Below, one piece after another: positions 54,880 through 55,345 of a stretch of 55,345 nucleotides of DNA (position 1 is its first letter; each line of letters starts with the position of its first letter). The stretch lies in IMG/VR virus record IMGVR_UViG_3300031813_000007, positions 62,001-117,345 of that record. One strand, 5' to 3'. This stretch comes from an uncultured virus (IMG/VR IMGVR_UViG_3300031813_000007). Its lineage: Duplodnaviria > Heunggongvirae > Uroviricota > Caudoviricetes. The notes under the pieces were generated by a model. That model saw only the letters and a list, made by a program, of their open reading frames with translations. It was not told the origin of the DNA and did no database searches. A program made the position numbers and the translations under genes.

Positions 54880-55345
54880 TCATTTCTCCAAATCTCTCAG
54901 TTTACTTAGTTCAGGGAAGACAGACCAAAAGTTTTCGTCTCTGATTCTATCTATAGAACGAGTGTGCTGTAGGAACGTTTCCTTTACTTTAGCCCAATCA
55001 TCACTGTCTGATGCAAAGTTGACAGCATCGGTAATAAGTCTTGACAATGATGTTCCATCACCTTCGTTGGCTGTTGCCCATGCCAATGCTTTCTTGGCGG
55101 CTTCATCCTTAAGTTCACGAGGTAATGATTTGGCACAGTAATAGTTAGGATGAACTGCAAGATAGAGTGAGTGATACCAATCTTCTCTACGAACTATTCC
55201 CTTGTCCTTTAGGTATTGATAAAACTCACCAATGGTGCTATAGTTAAAAATGCTAAACACCGTGTTCATTTGAAATACTACCTGCTCAAGGTCACGAAAA
55301 ATGAGGAGGTTTTCCTCTACTTTACCCCAATCGGTTCCCTTGCGC
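54880..55345 (-). CDS. radical SAM protein, C-terminal part (runs off window)
   Basis: RKGTDWGKVEEN... and D.IRDENFWSVFPEL tail homologous to 52819-54093. Confidence 0.75.
   Translation of the reverse strand, partial: RKGTDWGKVEENLLIFRDLEQVVFQMNTVFSIFNYSTIGEFYQYLKDKGIVRREDWYHSLYLAVHPNYYCAKSLPRELKDEAAKKALAWATANEGDGTSLSRLITDAVNFASDSDDWAKVKETFLQHTRSIDRIRDENFWSVFPELSKLRDLEK

Overview
A 55-kb segment of a large T4-like (jumbo) dsDNA phage genome, almost entirely coded on the minus strand. The host is probably an alphaproteobacterium, based on a circularly permuted two-piece tmRNA with the tag ANDNSTMDIALAA. From left to right the window holds: (1) recombination and replication genes (UvsY, UvsX, gp32 SSB), the large terminase and late/virion genes under TAAATA late-promoter motifs; (2) spanins, nucleotide-sugar enzymes, thyA and DHFR; (3) a GC-richer MoxR ATPase/VWA-peptidase pair; (4) a nucleotidyltransferase-ADP-ribosyltransferase polyprotein, a RelE/YafQ-like toxin-antitoxin-like pair, a ferritin-like gene and the tmRNA; (5) an ABC-ATPase/GNAT fusion and a heavily invaded DNA methyltransferase; (6) a >22-kb glycan-modification island with a giant repeat protein, carbamoyltransferase, sulfotransferase, SGNH protein, five radical SAM genes, four GT-like paralogs, a nucleotide-sugar dehydrogenase and an epimerase. 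Three observations stand out. The methyltransferase carries an intein whose homing endonuclease is hidden in another reading frame. The same gene is split by a Vsr-like endonuclease and has an in-frame ACG-TAG-GCG inside its HPT-VKP motif, directly after a perfect 26-bp palindrome. A covarying structured leader is shared by two unrelated endonuclease genes (HNH and GIY-YIG). All calls come from motif recognition by eye; no database searches were run.
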